Source: Escherichia coli (lineage in GTDB: Bacteria; Pseudomonadota; Gammaproteobacteria; Enterobacterales; Enterobacteriaceae). Taken from it: a DNA stretch of 64,000 nt. The translations under genes were made by a program, and so were the position numbers. Below are positions 26,218-40,873 of this stretch, piece after piece; within the stretch, counting starts at the first letter, position 1; each line of letters starts with the position of its first letter. Location: the NCBI RefSeq assembly GCF_030384885.1, contig NZ_CP128613.1; one strand, given 5' to 3'. The notes beneath the pieces were generated by a model, which worked only from the letters and a program-made list of their open reading frames with translations, was not told the origin of the DNA and ran no database searches.

Positions 26218-26237
26218 TACTGTATAAAATCACAGTT
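26218..26237 (+). promoter_or_regulatory. LexA (SOS) box upstream of yebG
   Basis: taCTGTATAAAATCACAGtt, CTGT-N8-ACAG, about 20 nt upstream of yebG start. Confidence 0.8.
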
Positions 26238-26254
26238 ATTATGAGAGGCTGCAA

Positions 26255-26545
26255 ATGGCGGTTGAAGTTAAATACGTAGTCATTCGTGAGGGCGAAGAGA
26301 AAATGTCGTTTACCAGCAAAAAGGAAGCCGATGCTTATGACAAAATGCTTGATACGGCGGATCTGCTTGACACCTGGCTGACAAATTCTCCAGTGCAAAT
26401 GGAAGACGAGCAACGTGAAGCCCTTTCGCTATGGCTGGCAGAACAAAAAGATGTGCTGAGCACCATTCTGAAAACCGGCAAATTACCGTCCCCACAGGTC
26501 GTCGGTGCTGAATCCGAAGAGGAAGATGCCTCACACGCGGCCTGA
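26255..26545 (+). CDS. yebG: DNA damage-inducible protein YebG
   Basis: 96-aa ORF with GAGAGG RBS; translation recognised as YebG. Confidence 0.9.
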   Translation: MAVEVKYVVIREGEEKMSFTSKKEADAYDKMLDTADLLDTWLTNSPVQMEDEQREALSLWLAEQKDVLSTILKTGKLPSPQVVGAESEEEDASHAA

Positions 26546-26563
26546 AGCAACTTGCGCTCCTGA

Positions 26564-26968
<405 letters not shown>

Positions 26969-26994
26969 TGGCCTCTGATAATTCGATTGACCGT

Positions 26995-27080
26995 CGGCGG
27001 ATGCGGCGCGAGTGCCTGGTCCGCCCTACAAGGCACCTCAATTGTAGGCCTGAGAAGACGCAACAGCGTCGCATCGGGCA
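26995..27080. repeat. REP-like extragenic palindromes
   Basis: cggcggatgcggcgcgagtgcc... and gtaggcctgagaagacgcaacagcgtcgcatcgggca downstream of yebF. Confidence 0.55.
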
Positions 27081-27294
27081 ATCAGCATCAAACAATGCCA
27101 CTCAAAACGTCAAATTACGTTCACCTAAAATACCCTTATCACCTGATATACAGTGAACACCTTACCTGGCGCGAATTTCTTTGAATAACGGCCTGCCGAC
27201 CCGCTTATTTGCGCATCTTTTGTCTCGATATACATTTTCTGACATCCTCATCCGCTATGCTACAGGCACTAAAAATGGTTATTGAGGAGCAAAT

Positions 27295-27954
27295 ATGGCT
27301 AACTGGTTAAATCAACTGCAATCCCTGCTTGGGCAAAGCAGTTCTTCTACCTCCTCGTCTGCGGATCAGGGATTGGGCAAACTTTTAGTGCCTGGCGCAT
27401 TAGGCGGACTGGCTGGGCTGCTGGTCGCAAATAAATCAGCACGTAAACTTCTTACGAAATATGGCACCAACGCGTTGCTGCTTGGCGGCGGAGCGGTAGC
27501 GGGTACGGTGCTGTGGAATAAATACAAAGATAAAATTCGCGCGGCGCATCAGGACGAACCGCAGTTTGGCGCGCAAAGTACGCCGCTGGATGAGCGTACG
27601 GCACGTTTGATCCTTGCGCTGGTCTTTGCCGCTAAAAGTGATGGTCATATTGATGCCAGAGAACGTGCGGTAATCGACCAGCAATTGCGTGAAGCCGGCG
27701 TGGAAGAGCAGGGGCGTTTACTCATTGAGCAGGCAATCGAACAACCGCTGGATCCACAACGCCTGGCTACCGGGGTCCGCAATGAAGAAGAGGCGCTGGA
27801 AATCTATTTCCTGAGCTGCGCGGCTATTGATATTGACCATTTTATGGAACGCAGTTACCTGAATGCCCTGGGTGACGCGCTGAAAATCCCCCAGGATGTT
27901 CGTGAAGGTATTGAACGCGATCTCGAACAGCAAAAACGTACTTTGGCGGAATAA
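27295..27954 (+). CDS. yebE: DUF533 inner membrane protein
   Basis: 219-aa ORF; translation recognised as YebE. Confidence 0.87.
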   Translation: MANWLNQLQSLLGQSSSSTSSSADQGLGKLLVPGALGGLAGLLVANKSARKLLTKYGTNALLLGGGAVAGTVLWNKYKDKIRAAHQDEPQFGAQSTPLDERTARLILALVFAAKSDGHIDARERAVIDQQLREAGVEEQGRLLIEQAIEQPLDPQRLATGVRNEEEALEIYFLSCAAIDIDHFMERSYLNALGDALKIPQDVREGIERDLEQQKRTLAE

Positions 27955-28135
27955 TTCCGCTCTCTGGATAGCCTGAAGTTGACTATTTCGGGCTATCCAG
28001 AACCGCACAGCCATTTGAACAGGCTGATCTTCTCTGTCTGCATAACATTCGAAATCCGCGCCATTACCTGTCATCATCTAAGCAATGACTCCCCTGTTTC
28101 GCTTGCATCCCCGGTGAGTTTTGCCACCCTTATAA

Positions 28136-30882
<2,747 letters not shown>

Positions 30883-30905
30883 GGCATGCTCCAGGCCGAA
30901 AAAGC

Positions 30906-31562
30906 CTAGCGTAATGGAATGATATCGCCTTGCCAACCCTGTGATGAACGCTGACCGACTAACAATAATGAACCACGATCGGCGCGAACGATGAGACGAC
31001 CATGTTCATCCCATAGTGCACTGTTACCACGGGCATTTGCCATCAGCACGGCAATTGAGTACTGATGTGAAAAAAATTGTAAGCGGCGGGTCGACGCCAG
31101 CAGGTCGGGTTCCCCCAGACATTGCCCTGTCGTAAATAGTGAACAGGTCGGATCCATATCCATACCTTGCGGTTGTTCATCGACCACCGTGATGGTTCTG
31201 GAACGACGGCCCAGACATGCACCATGACTCTGATGGTAGATCCCTGGCGTTTTTCGCCACGGTGCGAACACCGCAATTCCACGAATAAAGCGATCATTAT
31301 ATTCAACGGGAAGGCCGGCAATGATGGTCATTCGCCAGGTCGTTGCAGCATAACAAAGCGGGTCTAACAGCGAGAGATCGGGTGGGGCAGGAAGGGCACG
31401 TCGCGAATAATCACACCCCAGTAAAGAAAGCGATGGAAAAACTAACAGCTGACATTGTTGCCTGGCAGCGGCCCTCACAAACTCCAGATGATGAGCTACC
31501 TGTTCGGTCAGTGAGGTTTTACGAGGCTCATATTGCGCTGCTGCAACTTTCCAGAACGACAT
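30906..31562 (-). CDS. yobB: Carbon-nitrogen hydrolase family protein
   Basis: 218-aa ORF; translation recognised as YobB. Confidence 0.87.
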   Translation of the reverse strand: MSFWKVAAAQYEPRKTSLTEQVAHHLEFVRAAARQQCQLLVFPSLSLLGCDYSRRALPAPPDLSLLDPLCYAATTWRMTIIAGLPVEYNDRFIRGIAVFAPWRKTPGIYHQSHGACLGRRSRTITVVDEQPQGMDMDPTCSLFTTGQCLGEPDLLASTRRLQFFSHQYSIAVLMANARGNSALWDEHGRLIVRADRGSLLLVGQRSSQGWQGDIIPLR

Positions 31563-31663
31563 AATGACTTCCTTTTCAAAATGACTGCAAATTATGGGTG
31601 CGGTTTAGAAAATACTCATAATTTAGCAGGCGTTATGTAAGAAAGTGTAACTCTGTATAAGTT

Positions 31664-31894
31664 TTATTTAAGTTTGGGCTCGTAAGGTAAACGTGACAGA
31701 TTGACCGAAGCCAAACGGTGGGCGATAAGCCGCTCGCGAAACCAGCTGCGCAAATGTTCAGGCTGTTCACGTTCAACCGCTTCAGCGATCACCGGCATAT
31801 TGTAGCGTTCTTTAAATGCCACCCCGGCTGCCGCCAAATCGACATTCACTTTATCCATTTCTGTTTGATCCAGTTTAGCCAGATTCTTCAGCAT
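31664..31894 (-). CDS. holE: DNA polymerase III theta subunit
   Basis: Track ORF trimmed to Met at [31 protein letters not shown] (76 aa). Confidence 0.88.
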
Positions 31895-32032
31895 TCTTAA
31901 TCTCCTCATCATTCGCGGGCAAAAGTTACTAAGAGTGAGCCTGGATGGCAAGCCGGAATTGATGATCCTCGACTCAGACATTAGACAAGGTTATGCTCTG
32001 TAAAAAAGTTATTACAAAAAGGAATAGATAAT

Positions 32033-32407
32033 ATGACTTCAACTGCACGCTCCCTTCGCTACGCGCTGGCAATCCTGACCACTACGTTGGTGACACCTTC
32101 CGTCTGGGCACATGCGCATTTAACGCATCAGTATCCTGCGGCAAACGCGCAAGTGACAGCTGCCCCGCAGGCAATCACTTTAAACTTCTCGGAAGGCGTT
32201 GAAACAGGATTCAGTGGTGCAAAAATCACGGGGCCAAAAAACGAAAATATTAAAACATTACCGGCGAAGCGGAATGAGCAGGACCAAAAGCAACTGATTG
32301 TTCCACTGGCCGATTCGCTGAAACCCGGAACCTACACCGTTGACTGGCATGTTGTTTCGGTGGACGGGCATAAAACGAAAGGACACTACACCTTTAGCGT
32401 GAAATAA
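32033..32407 (+). CDS. yobA: CopC-family periplasmic copper-binding protein
   Basis: 124-aa ORF with signal peptide; translation recognised as YobA. Confidence 0.88.
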   Translation: MTSTARSLRYALAILTTTLVTPSVWAHAHLTHQYPAANAQVTAAPQAITLNFSEGVETGFSGAKITGPKNENIKTLPAKRNEQDQKQLIVPLADSLKPGTYTVDWHVVSVDGHKTKGHYTFSVK

Positions 32408-32410
32408 ATC

Positions 32411-33283
32411 ATGCTGGCGTTTACCTGGATCGCGCTGCGATTTATCCATTTCACCTCGCTGATGCTGGTTTTTGGCTTCGCAATGTACGGTGCCTGGCTG
32501 GCCCCCTTAACGATTCGTCGCTTGCTGACGAAGCGTTTTCTGCGTTTACAACAGCACGCTGCCGTCTGGAGTTTGATCAGTGCCACTGCAATGCTCGCCG
32601 TTCAGGGCGGGTTGATGGGAACGGGATGGTCAGATGTATTTTCGCCAAACATTTGGCAGGCTGTTTTGCAAACGCAGTTTGGTGGTGTCTGGTTATGGCA
32701 AATTGTTCTCGCCCTCGTAACGTTGATCGTCGCCCTTATGCAACCGCGGAATATGCCACGTTTGCTGTTTATGCTCACTACCGCGCAATTTATTCTGCTG
32801 GCGGGAGTCGGGCATGCGACGCTGAATGAAGGGGTAACGGCGAAAATCCATCAGACTAATCACGCGATTCACCTGATCTGTGCGGCGGCGTGGTTTGGAG
32901 GATTACTTCCGGTGCTCTGGTGTATGCAACTCATCAAAGGCCGTTGGCGACACCAGGCTATTCAGGCGCTGATGCGTTTTTCCTGGTGCGGGCATTTTGC
33001 GGTGATCGGCGTACTGGCAAGCGGCGTGCTTAATGCATTGTTGATTACCAGATTTCCCCCCACGCTTACGACTTACTGGGGCCAACTCTTATTGCTCAAA
33101 GCCATACTGGTGATGATTATGGTGGTCATCGCGCTGGCTAATCGTTATGTTCTTGTACCGCGCATGAGGCAGGATGAAGATCGTGCGGCTCCCTGGTTTG
33201 TGTGGATGACTAAACTCGAATGGGCGATAGGTGCGGTAGTGCTGGTGATCATCAGCCTGCTTGCGACTCTCGAACCTTTTTGA
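32411..33283 (+). CDS. yebZ: CopD-family inner membrane protein
   Basis: 290-aa hydrophobic ORF; translation recognised as YebZ. Confidence 0.88.
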   Translation: MLAFTWIALRFIHFTSLMLVFGFAMYGAWLAPLTIRRLLTKRFLRLQQHAAVWSLISATAMLAVQGGLMGTGWSDVFSPNIWQAVLQTQFGGVWLWQIVLALVTLIVALMQPRNMPRLLFMLTTAQFILLAGVGHATLNEGVTAKIHQTNHAIHLICAAAWFGGLLPVLWCMQLIKGRWRHQAIQALMRFSWCGHFAVIGVLASGVLNALLITRFPPTLTTYWGQLLLLKAILVMIMVVIALANRYVLVPRMRQDEDRAAPWFVWMTKLEWAIGAVVLVIISLLATLEPF

Positions 33284-33295
33284 TGGATTACGAAA

Positions 33296-33637
33296 ATGAT
33301 GAAAAAAAGTATTCTGGCGTTTCTGTTACTCACCAGTTCTGCAGCGGCGCTGGCGGCACCGCAGGTGATTACCGTCAGTCGTTTTGAAGTGGGTAAAGAC
33401 AAATGGGCATTTAACCGCGAAGAGGTGATGCTGACATGCCGACCGGGCCATGCGTTGTATGTTATTAATCCGAGTACCCTCGTGCAGTATCCTTTGAACG
33501 ATATCGCACAAAAGGAAGTCGCCAGCGGGAAGACCAATGCCCAGCCCATTTCGGTGATTCAGATTGATGATCCTAACAATCCAGGTGAAAAAATGAGTCT
33601 GGCACCGTTTATAGAGCGAGCTGAAAAACTCTGTTAA
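33296..33637 (+). CDS. yebY: Uncharacterised periplasmic protein YebY
   Basis: 113-aa ORF with signal peptide; translation recognised as YebY. Confidence 0.85.
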   Translation: MMKKSILAFLLLTSSAAALAAPQVITVSRFEVGKDKWAFNREEVMLTCRPGHALYVINPSTLVQYPLNDIAQKEVASGKTNAQPISVIQIDDPNNPGEKMSLAPFIERAEKLC

Positions 33638-33666
33638 TTACCTAAAATAGCCTTTTGATTTCCAAT

Positions 33667-33709
33667 AAAAAACCGCCTCAGTTCTTTCACCAGAACAGGC
33701 GGTTTTTAA
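33667..33709. terminator. Bidirectional rho-independent terminator
   Basis: aaaaaccgcctcagttctttcaccagaacaggcggttttt: GC stem flanked by A-run and T-run. Confidence 0.8.
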
Positions 33710-34010
33710 CATTTAAGCTGATGACCACCACGCTTTTTATTGACCATTTTGCACGCAAACTGGAAAACCTGGCGTCGTCATCTATTCTTAAAGGGCAAGG
33801 CAACTAAGCCTGCATTAATGCCAACTTTTAGCGCACGGCTCTCTCCCAAGAGCCATTTCCCTGGACCGAATACAGGAATCGTGTTCGGTCTCTTTTTATC
33901 TGTTAAAAGCCAGAAGCATTCCCTTCGCTGACTTTATAGTCAACCATAACACACACTCTACTGTCTGAGTCCAGCGTTTTTTAACATTCTTGTTAAGATT
34001 ATGTGATCTT
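33700..34010 (-). ncRNA. ryeA: Antisense sRNA RyeA (SraC) overlapping sdsR; boundaries approximate
   Basis: Inferred from the known antisense arrangement at the yebY-pphA locus; ends not determined from sequence. Confidence 0.35.
33795..33897 (+). ncRNA. sdsR: Small regulatory RNA SdsR (RyeB)
   Basis: Sequence gcaaggcaactaagcctgcattaatgcc...ggaccgaatacaggaatcgtgttcggtctcttttt recognised as SdsR; 3' terminator hairpin plus T-run; sigma-S-like -10 (tctattctt) just upstream. Confidence 0.75.
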
Positions 34011-34031
34011 TAGCGCGGGAGGAAAATATTG

Positions 34032-34688
34032 ATGAAACAGCCTGCGCCCGTTTATCAGAGAATTGCGGGTCATCAATGGCGACATATCTGGCTTTCAGGC
34101 GATATACACGGTTGTCTTGAGCAGTTGCGCCGCAAATTATGGCATTGTCGTTTTGAACCGTGGCGAGATTTACTTATCTCAGTGGGAGACGTTATCGATC
34201 GTGGGCCGCAAAGTTTACGTTGCCTGCAGTTACTGGAACAACATTGGGTTCGTGCGGTAAGAGGCAATCATGAACAGATGGCGATGGATGCGCTGGCATC
34301 CCAGCAGATGTCTTTGTGGTTGATGAATGGCGGCGACTGGTTTATTGCGCTGGCAGATAATCAACAGAAACAAGCGAAAACGGCGCTGGAAAAATGTCAG
34401 TATTTGCCCTTTATTCTTGAAGTACACAGTCGCACCGGCAAACATGTTATTGCCCATGCCGATTATCCGGATGATGTTTATGAATGGCAAAAGGACGTCG
34501 ATTTGCATCAGGTCTTGTGGAGCCGCTCACGATTACGTGAAGGCCAAAAAGGGCAGGGAATTACAGGTGCTGATCATTTCTGGTTTGGTCATACACCGTT
34601 GCGCCATCGCGTGGATATTGGCAACCTGCATTATATTGATACCGGTGCTGTCTTTGGGGGAGAACTGACTCTTGTGCAATTGCAATAA
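34032..34688 (+). CDS. pphA: Serine/threonine protein phosphatase 1
   Basis: ATG 34032 with GGGAGG RBS; motifs GDIHG, GDVIDRG, GNHE; translation recognised as PphA/PrpA. Confidence 0.9.
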   Translation: MKQPAPVYQRIAGHQWRHIWLSGDIHGCLEQLRRKLWHCRFEPWRDLLISVGDVIDRGPQSLRCLQLLEQHWVRAVRGNHEQMAMDALASQQMSLWLMNGGDWFIALADNQQKQAKTALEKCQYLPFILEVHSRTGKHVIAHADYPDDVYEWQKDVDLHQVLWSRSRLREGQKGQGITGADHFWFGHTPLRHRVDIGNLHYIDTGAVFGGELTLVQLQ

Positions 34689-34880
34689 TTAAAAATCACC
34701 GTACTCCTGTGCAGGTCGCCAGAAACCATCTATAAAATCCTCAATCGGAAAACAACCGCCATGGCGGATCCGTTGATCGCTCATAGAATAAAGACACTGT
34801 TGTTCCGTGTTGTAGACATCCACAACAATATCTTCACAACCGCCATCCAGGTAGCAAACAAAAAGTACCAGCGCGAACAT
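34689..34880 (-). CDS. yebW: Small protein YebW
   Basis: Track ORF trimmed to Met at MFALVLFVCYLDGG (63 aa). Confidence 0.65.
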   Translation of the reverse strand: MFALVLFVCYLDGGCEDIVVDVYNTEQQCLYSMSDQRIRHGGCFPIEDFIDGFWRPAQEYGDF

Positions 34881-34984
34881 TTCATCCCCGAAGTGTGGTG
34901 CCGTACCGTTAAGTTTAGGAGAGATTTTACAACGGGGGAATAACCAGGACAAATAACCCGCCATGCCGACGGGTTCTTTTTGGA

Positions 34985-35221
34985 TCAGGCAAGACGCATA
35001 ATCCAGGCATCAGATTGTTGATCGTAACGGGTACGGTAAAGGACAGAGTGTTCGCCATTTAGTAGGGCAGGGATACTGGTTTCAGCATCCCAGGCATCCA
35101 GTTGCATACATAAATCGGGGTCTGATTTACAAGGAATGGTTAACGTTCGATCACCCGGCGATTCGCCGTGTAATTCGCCGTCGTCGATTTCAAAAGCGCC
35201 TATGCGCACACTGGTTTTCAT
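34985..35221 (-). CDS. yebV: Small protein YebV
   Basis: Track ORF trimmed to Met at MKTSVRIGAFEIDDGELHG (78 aa). Confidence 0.78.
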   Translation of the reverse strand: MKTSVRIGAFEIDDGELHGESPGDRTLTIPCKSDPDLCMQLDAWDAETSIPALLNGEHSVLYRTRYDQQSDAWIMRLA

Positions 35222-35338
35222 CTTCGTGCTCTCCATTTAGCTGCCGGTTGTGGTACGACCAGTCCGATCGCACCATTTTTCAGCCTAGTTGAGGCAGCCG
35301 AATGTGCCAGTCAAAAAGTGCGCTTTTTTTGTGCGCTG

Positions 35339-36778
35339 TCAGGCGTTACCTGTAAAAAGTTTCCCGTCCCGCACCAGTTCACGCGGGTAGCTGTTTTTCA
35401 GTCGCGAACCAATCCGTTTGGCTAAACCAATCGGCTGATGCTGGAAAGTAACCAATACATCATCCGCGACTGGCGCGGCTTGCGGGTAAACATCGCGCCC
35501 GCGATACCACTCTTCCGCTTCCTGCGGTGTCAGTTCAAAAGCGTTCACATTGTCGGGGGAGGCAAGGGCAATAACCGCTTCATGCTGCCAGCGATAACCT
35601 TTGTTATGTGTTTCGGCAAGTTTAATCCCCAACCGAGAAAATCGGACTTTACCGATCAAGGCTTCAATGCCCACCGGGAACAACCACAGTTCTTTGTCGC
35701 GTTGCCAGAGTCGCAGGTTTCCATCCCAGTTTAAGCCAACACTTGCAGCCGCCTGACGAATTTGACCGGCTTCGCGATCTTTCACCGGGCTAAACGGGAA
35801 ATTGCCCACTTTGTATTTTGGGGCGGGTAAGACGGGGATCGCCTGAGTTTTACGCAGACGAGCAACGAAGAAGCCTTCGCAGTCGTAAATTTGTGGGAAA
35901 ACATGCAAAAAGCCTTCTTCGGTCAGCGCCTTATTTGCACCAGGGAAGAGATCGCCAAGCGGTATAAACTCTACTGCGTCGGGGTAAGTCTCTTTCAGCC
36001 ACCGGCAGACGGCTTCATTTTCTTCCTGGTTTAAGGTACAGGTCGAGTAAATCAGCGTACCGCCAGGGCGTAATGCATGAAAGGCGCTGTCGATCAGTTC
36101 CCGTTGGGTAGCTGCGATTTCCTGATTGCTTTCTGGTGACCAGTTTTTTAGCGCATCGGGATCTTTACGCACCACGCCTTCGCCGGAGCAGGGAGCGTCC
36201 AGCAAAATGGCATCGAACATTTCTGGCACTGCCGCACCAAATACACGGCCATCAAAATGCGTGAGCGCAACATTACGGATGCCACAGCGGCTGATATTGG
36301 CATGTAACACTTTTACCCGACTGGCGGAAAACTCATTGGCAAGGATCTCCCCTTCGTTATTCATCCGCGCGGCAATTTGCGTCGTTTTGGAGCCGGGCGC
36401 GGCAGCGACATCCATCACCCGCTGTGGTGCATTACCGTCAGCAAACAAGGCGGCGACGGGCAACATTGAACTGGCTTCCTGAATATAAAACAGGCCACTT
36501 AAATGCTCGGCGGTACTACCCAATGGCAAGGCATCTTCATCGTCGCGTTCAATCCAGAAACCTTCTTCACACCACGGAATTGGCGTAAGCGTCCAGCCAT
36601 AAGGGGCGGTTAATTGCAGGAAATCAGCAACGGAGATTTTCAGCGTATTAACGCGAATACTGCGGCGCAACGGGCGCTGACAGGCGGCAAGAAAATCATC
36701 AAATGAGAGCGTCGAAGGCATTGCTTCGCGCATTTGTGTCAGAAAGGCGTCCGGGAAATAAACGGTGTGTTGGGCCAC
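35339..36778 (-). CDS. rsmF: 16S rRNA m5C1407 methyltransferase
   Basis: Track ORF trimmed to GTG start giving [12 protein letters not shown]... (479 aa); translation recognised as RsmF/YebU. Confidence 0.88.
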   Translation of the reverse strand: MAQHTVYFPDAFLTQMREAMPSTLSFDDFLAACQRPLRRSIRVNTLKISVADFLQLTAPYGWTLTPIPWCEEGFWIERDDEDALPLGSTAEHLSGLFYIQEASSMLPVAALFADGNAPQRVMDVAAAPGSKTTQIAARMNNEGEILANEFSASRVKVLHANISRCGIRNVALTHFDGRVFGAAVPEMFDAILLDAPCSGEGVVRKDPDALKNWSPESNQEIAATQRELIDSAFHALRPGGTLIYSTCTLNQEENEAVCRWLKETYPDAVEFIPLGDLFPGANKALTEEGFLHVFPQIYDCEGFFVARLRKTQAIPVLPAPKYKVGNFPFSPVKDREAGQIRQAAASVGLNWDGNLRLWQRDKELWLFPVGIEALIGKVRFSRLGIKLAETHNKGYRWQHEAVIALASPDNVNAFELTPQEAEEWYRGRDVYPQAAPVADDVLVTFQHQPIGLAKRIGSRLKNSYPRELVRDGKLFTGNA

Positions 36779-36858
36779 GAGCATGTACCACTGGCAAAAA
36801 AAACAGGTGCGCAGTTTAGCATAAACGCTCCGGCGCAGGCACGCCGGAGCAGTGGGCA

Positions 36859-39492
36859 TTATTTGGGAAGCGCTGTTCCCCATTCACGCCACTCTTTCGG
36901 TTCACTTTCCTGCAACAGGAAGTGCTTGCCTTCCTGGGCTTTCGGTGCCAGCGGCGTACCCGGAGGCGTAGCGAAGGCGATGCCGCCACGGATAAACTGG
37001 TTAAAGGTGCCGGTTTTCACGACGCCGCCCGTCAGACCAAAGTCCAGACTGTAACCCGATGCCAACCAGAAGACGGAATTGTTACGCACCAGGTGTTGAT
37101 AGCGTTTACTGATGCGCATCGCAATCATCACGCGATCTGACAATGTCCCCAGCGTCATTCCGGTAACCGTACCGACTTCCAGACCACGGAACAGCACAGG
37201 CGTACCGATGCCTAACGAACCGGCTTCCGGCGCTTCAACAATAATGCTTAAGCCATCCAGGTAACGCGAATCAGTTATGGTGGCCTCTTGTAATTCAAAG
37301 TCGCGGCGAGGATTGCCCCGGCCTGGTTCGACGTTGATATACGGCTGGAGGATAGTATCAAGATGCTCAACGCCAGCTGCCGAAATTTGCGGTGTGACCA
37401 CTGAGAAGCGTGTACCACCGCGTGCAAAGGTCTGGACATATTCCGGATAGAGTACCGCCTTTGCCTGTACTTCATTGCGCGCGGTAATCAGATCCAGCGT
37501 CTGGATTTGCCCGATATCAATACCGAGATAGCGAATTGGCATCCCGACCGCCAGTTTTCCGGCATCGAAAGCGTGAAGCGTAATTTGCCCGCCAACCGCA
37601 CGGGCCGCTGTTTCGGAAGCATACAGAATACGCTTGTCGCCTTTACGCTGACTGGCGCTGGCACCGCTGAGGTTATCGAAGCTAATAGCTCCCTTTAATG
37701 CTCTGGAGAGCGGGGATGCCTGTACAGTCAGACCACTACCATTTAGCTGAACTTTCGCCCCACCTTCTGCCCAGAACACGCTGTTGCTGGTCAGAAGGTT
37801 GCGATACTCCGGCTTAATATGCAGATCGATATCAAACGCGTTAGCTCGCGGACGCACAGTAATAACTTCACCAACTTCAAATTTACGGTACAGCACTACC
37901 GATCCTGCCTGCACATCCGGCAGCGTCTCTGCACTCAAACTCACGGTTGTGGTGGGTAAATCGCTAAGGCTGTTCTCCAGCGCTTTTTCCAGATTGGCAT
38001 ACAGTGGATAGCTGGCTTTCATCTCGCCTTTATCGCCTGGCAGAATACGTATCCCGCCGTTAATCCATTCTGAGGCGCTGGCACCGAGAAACTCAACGCC
38101 ATCCAGCCCCACCTTCACGTCGACACGGCTGTTGACGACAAATTTGCTATCGCCTTTTACCAGTTCGCGATGCTGAGGCTCGATGGCGACGGTAAAGGTG
38201 ACGCCTTTGCTGGTGAGTTTACGATCGATAACCTGGCCTACCTGCACGCCGTGAAGAATGAGCGGCTGACCAGCATCAATACCGTAACTTTCCGGCGCAG
38301 TCAGGGTCAGCGTCAGAACATCTGGCTCATGGAGCAGGGCTTTTTCGCCAGGAACAACAATAAACTCTTTACGTGGCTCACCGTCGCCCGGCACCAACTC
38401 GAAGGTTTTGCCGGTCAGCAAGGTACTGAGATTAGCATCGCTAAGGGATAATTTTGGATTACGTAATTCGATGCGGGTATTTTCCCGTAACAGCGTTACG
38501 ACGCTGGGATCAACGGTCATTTCTCCGGTGACTTTACCGCCAGGATTTAAATCCAGTTTAGTCAGCTGTCCGACTTCCAGCCCCTGATACATTAACGGCG
38601 TAGAGTCGGCGGTTAATCCGGCCCCACTCGGCAGTTCCAGTTTTATTATTACGCCACGCTGGCTGTGGGCGAGATCTTCATACAGACCAAAGGTATCTTC
38701 CGCCTCGGCAGGTTTTGACTCTTCTGGCGAATCGAAGGCAATTGCACCGTTAACCAGTGCCGCCAGACTTTCCAGTTTCACTTTTGCGCCACTGATACTG
38801 ACGTTGGCATCAACGCCGGAAACGTTCCAGAAACGGCTACCTTTTTTCACCAGATCGGTAAAACGTCGCTCGATCAGGACATCAATCACTACGCCTTGCT
38901 TATTGGGATTGATGGCATAGTCGTAGACTTTACCCACCGGGATCTTACGGAAATATACCAATGAACCACTGTTCAGTGAACCGAGATCGGGGGCTTGCAG
39001 GTGGATCATCAGATCGCCGTTATCCAGCCGATATTTCGGTTGGGTATCGAGTGCGACAAAGTGATCCTGCTCTTTACCTTTACCCGGCATCATGCCGATA
39101 TAGTTACCCCCGACGAGGGCGTCCAGCCCGGAGACTCCTGCCAGCGAGGCTTTTGGCGTCACCAGCCAGAACTGTGTCTCCTCGCGCAGCGCATCTTTCA
39201 TATCGGACTTGATGCTGACTTTGACTTCAATCTTACGAAGATCGTCGCTCAGGCTGATATCTTGCACTGTTCCGACCTCAACGCCCTGATAACGAACAGG
39301 TGTGCGGCCCGGGACGATACCGTCCGCCGACATAAAGTCGATGGTGACGGTATTACCCCGATCCTGATAACTGTCCCAAATCAGCCAACCGGCAATCATA
39401 AGCGCGATGAACGGCAGCAGCCAGAAAGGTGAGATACGGCGTTTATTTTTAATCTGCGCTTCAGTCGTCGAAGCGGGCGTTTCCTGACTCAT
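36859..39492 (-). CDS. letB: Lipophilic envelope-spanning tunnel protein LetB (seven MCE domains)
   Basis: Track ORF trimmed to [13 protein letters not shown]... (877 aa); translation recognised as LetB/YebT. Confidence 0.92.
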   Translation of the reverse strand: MSQETPASTTEAQIKNKRRISPFWLLPFIALMIAGWLIWDSYQDRGNTVTIDFMSADGIVPGRTPVRYQGVEVGTVQDISLSDDLRKIEVKVSIKSDMKDALREETQFWLVTPKASLAGVSGLDALVGGNYIGMMPGKGKEQDHFVALDTQPKYRLDNGDLMIHLQAPDLGSLNSGSLVYFRKIPVGKVYDYAINPNKQGVVIDVLIERRFTDLVKKGSRFWNVSGVDANVSISGAKVKLESLAALVNGAIAFDSPEESKPAEAEDTFGLYEDLAHSQRGVIIKLELPSGAGLTADSTPLMYQGLEVGQLTKLDLNPGGKVTGEMTVDPSVVTLLRENTRIELRNPKLSLSDANLSTLLTGKTFELVPGDGEPRKEFIVVPGEKALLHEPDVLTLTLTAPESYGIDAGQPLILHGVQVGQVIDRKLTSKGVTFTVAIEPQHRELVKGDSKFVVNSRVDVKVGLDGVEFLGASASEWINGGIRILPGDKGEMKASYPLYANLEKALENSLSDLPTTTVSLSAETLPDVQAGSVVLYRKFEVGEVITVRPRANAFDIDLHIKPEYRNLLTSNSVFWAEGGAKVQLNGSGLTVQASPLSRALKGAISFDNLSGASASQRKGDKRILYASETAARAVGGQITLHAFDAGKLAVGMPIRYLGIDIGQIQTLDLITARNEVQAKAVLYPEYVQTFARGGTRFSVVTPQISAAGVEHLDTILQPYINVEPGRGNPRRDFELQEATITDSRYLDGLSIIVEAPEAGSLGIGTPVLFRGLEVGTVTGMTLGTLSDRVMIAMRISKRYQHLVRNNSVFWLASGYSLDFGLTGGVVKTGTFNQFIRGGIAFATPPGTPLAPKAQEGKHFLLQESEPKEWREWGTALPK

Positions 39493-40744
39493 GTGCATCC
39501 CAAAGTAAGCGGCTGTCCAGCCATTCCACAGCAAGAATAGTCAAAATTACCGCTGCGCCGAAATAAAACGCAGCCGGTCCCATAGTAAAAGCGAGGATCT
39601 GATCGCGATTAATCAGCGACATGGTTAAAGATATGACAAACAGGTCGAGCATCGACCAGCGACCGATCCAGGTCACCATCCGCAGTAACAGAATCCGTGT
39701 GCGTAAACCTTGCTGGCATTTAAAATGAATGCTCAACAGTAAAGTGAACATGACGATCACTTTGGTAAATGGCACCAGAATACTGGCGATAAACACGATT
39801 CCGGCGACCGCAATGTTGCTACTTGCCAGCGACATAATCCCGGAAAGAATCGTATCTTCCTGCCGGCCACCATTCAGATAAATGATAGAAATAGGTAACA
39901 GGTTGGCAGGTAACAACAACACGATTGATGCTAACAGCGCCGCCCAGCACTTTTGCAGACTATGACGGCGACGCAGGCGTAGCGGGATATGGCAACGCGG
40001 GCAGCGACCACGCTGATCGGGATAGCCGGTAAAATGGCATCCCAGGCAGACACGAAGTTTCTCGTCCCTACGCGTAGCGGGGCGCTGTGGATAAAATCGC
40101 GCCCACAGTTCCTCGACATTAAGATGTGACAACGTCACCGTGGTCAATATCACTAATGCAACAAAAGAGAACAGACCAATACCCGCCTGAATGTGCGCAT
40201 AATCCTGCACCTTTATAGAAGCAACGCCAATACCGACCAGATAGATGTCCAGCATCACCCACTCTTTCAATCGCTCAAGCATCAGCAGTACCGGGCGTAG
40301 ATTCATTCCCAGTCGGTTACCAAACCATAAATAAGCTATGGAGGTCACCAGAATAAGGGGGGCACCAATAACGCAAAAAAAGACCATCGCCCCCGTTATT
40401 GCATCGCCCTGTTTGGTCATTTGCCAGATGCCTTGCATGACATTGGCGTCAATACGAATACCTAACAGCCAGATATGCAACAGCGGTTCGCCCCAGGCAA
40501 ACGGCATCAGCAACAGCATGGTGAATGCCATTGCTGCCAGGCGCGTTAGCGACCAGTCGCGCCCGTCACGAATTTTTGCCTGACAGCGCGGACAATAGGC
40601 ACTTTGATGAGAGTTTATCTCGGGTAGGCTAAACAGCATGTCACATTGCGGGCAACGTTGGTAATCACCACGCGGCAGTTCCTCGCAAATTGCCCTCACT
40701 GTTATCTTTTTTGTCGGCGTAATTTGTGGTGTGTTAAGAGCCAT
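39461..40744 (-). CDS. letA: PqiA-family inner membrane protein LetA
   Basis: 427-aa ORF; Cys-pair motifs; 32-bp overlap with letB start; translation recognised as LetA/YebS. Confidence 0.9.
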   Translation of the reverse strand: MALNTPQITPTKKITVRAICEELPRGDYQRCPQCDMLFSLPEINSHQSAYCPRCQAKIRDGRDWSLTRLAAMAFTMLLLMPFAWGEPLLHIWLLGIRIDANVMQGIWQMTKQGDAITGAMVFFCVIGAPLILVTSIAYLWFGNRLGMNLRPVLLMLERLKEWVMLDIYLVGIGVASIKVQDYAHIQAGIGLFSFVALVILTTVTLSHLNVEELWARFYPQRPATRRDEKLRVCLGCHFTGYPDQRGRCPRCHIPLRLRRRHSLQKCWAALLASIVLLLPANLLPISIIYLNGGRQEDTILSGIMSLASSNIAVAGIVFIASILVPFTKVIVMFTLLLSIHFKCQQGLRTRILLLRMVTWIGRWSMLDLFVISLTMSLINRDQILAFTMGPAAFYFGAAVILTILAVEWLDSRLLWDAHESGNARFDD

Positions 40745-40873
40745 GACGTGCCAAATGTAATAAGAATTAACATTAATCTTAACCCATGATGGGAATGATC
40801 TTGAGCATTAACGCATTTAATGCTTATTTTAATAGGCTGGCAGTTCCAGGTAAGACAACCAAGTGATTATATA

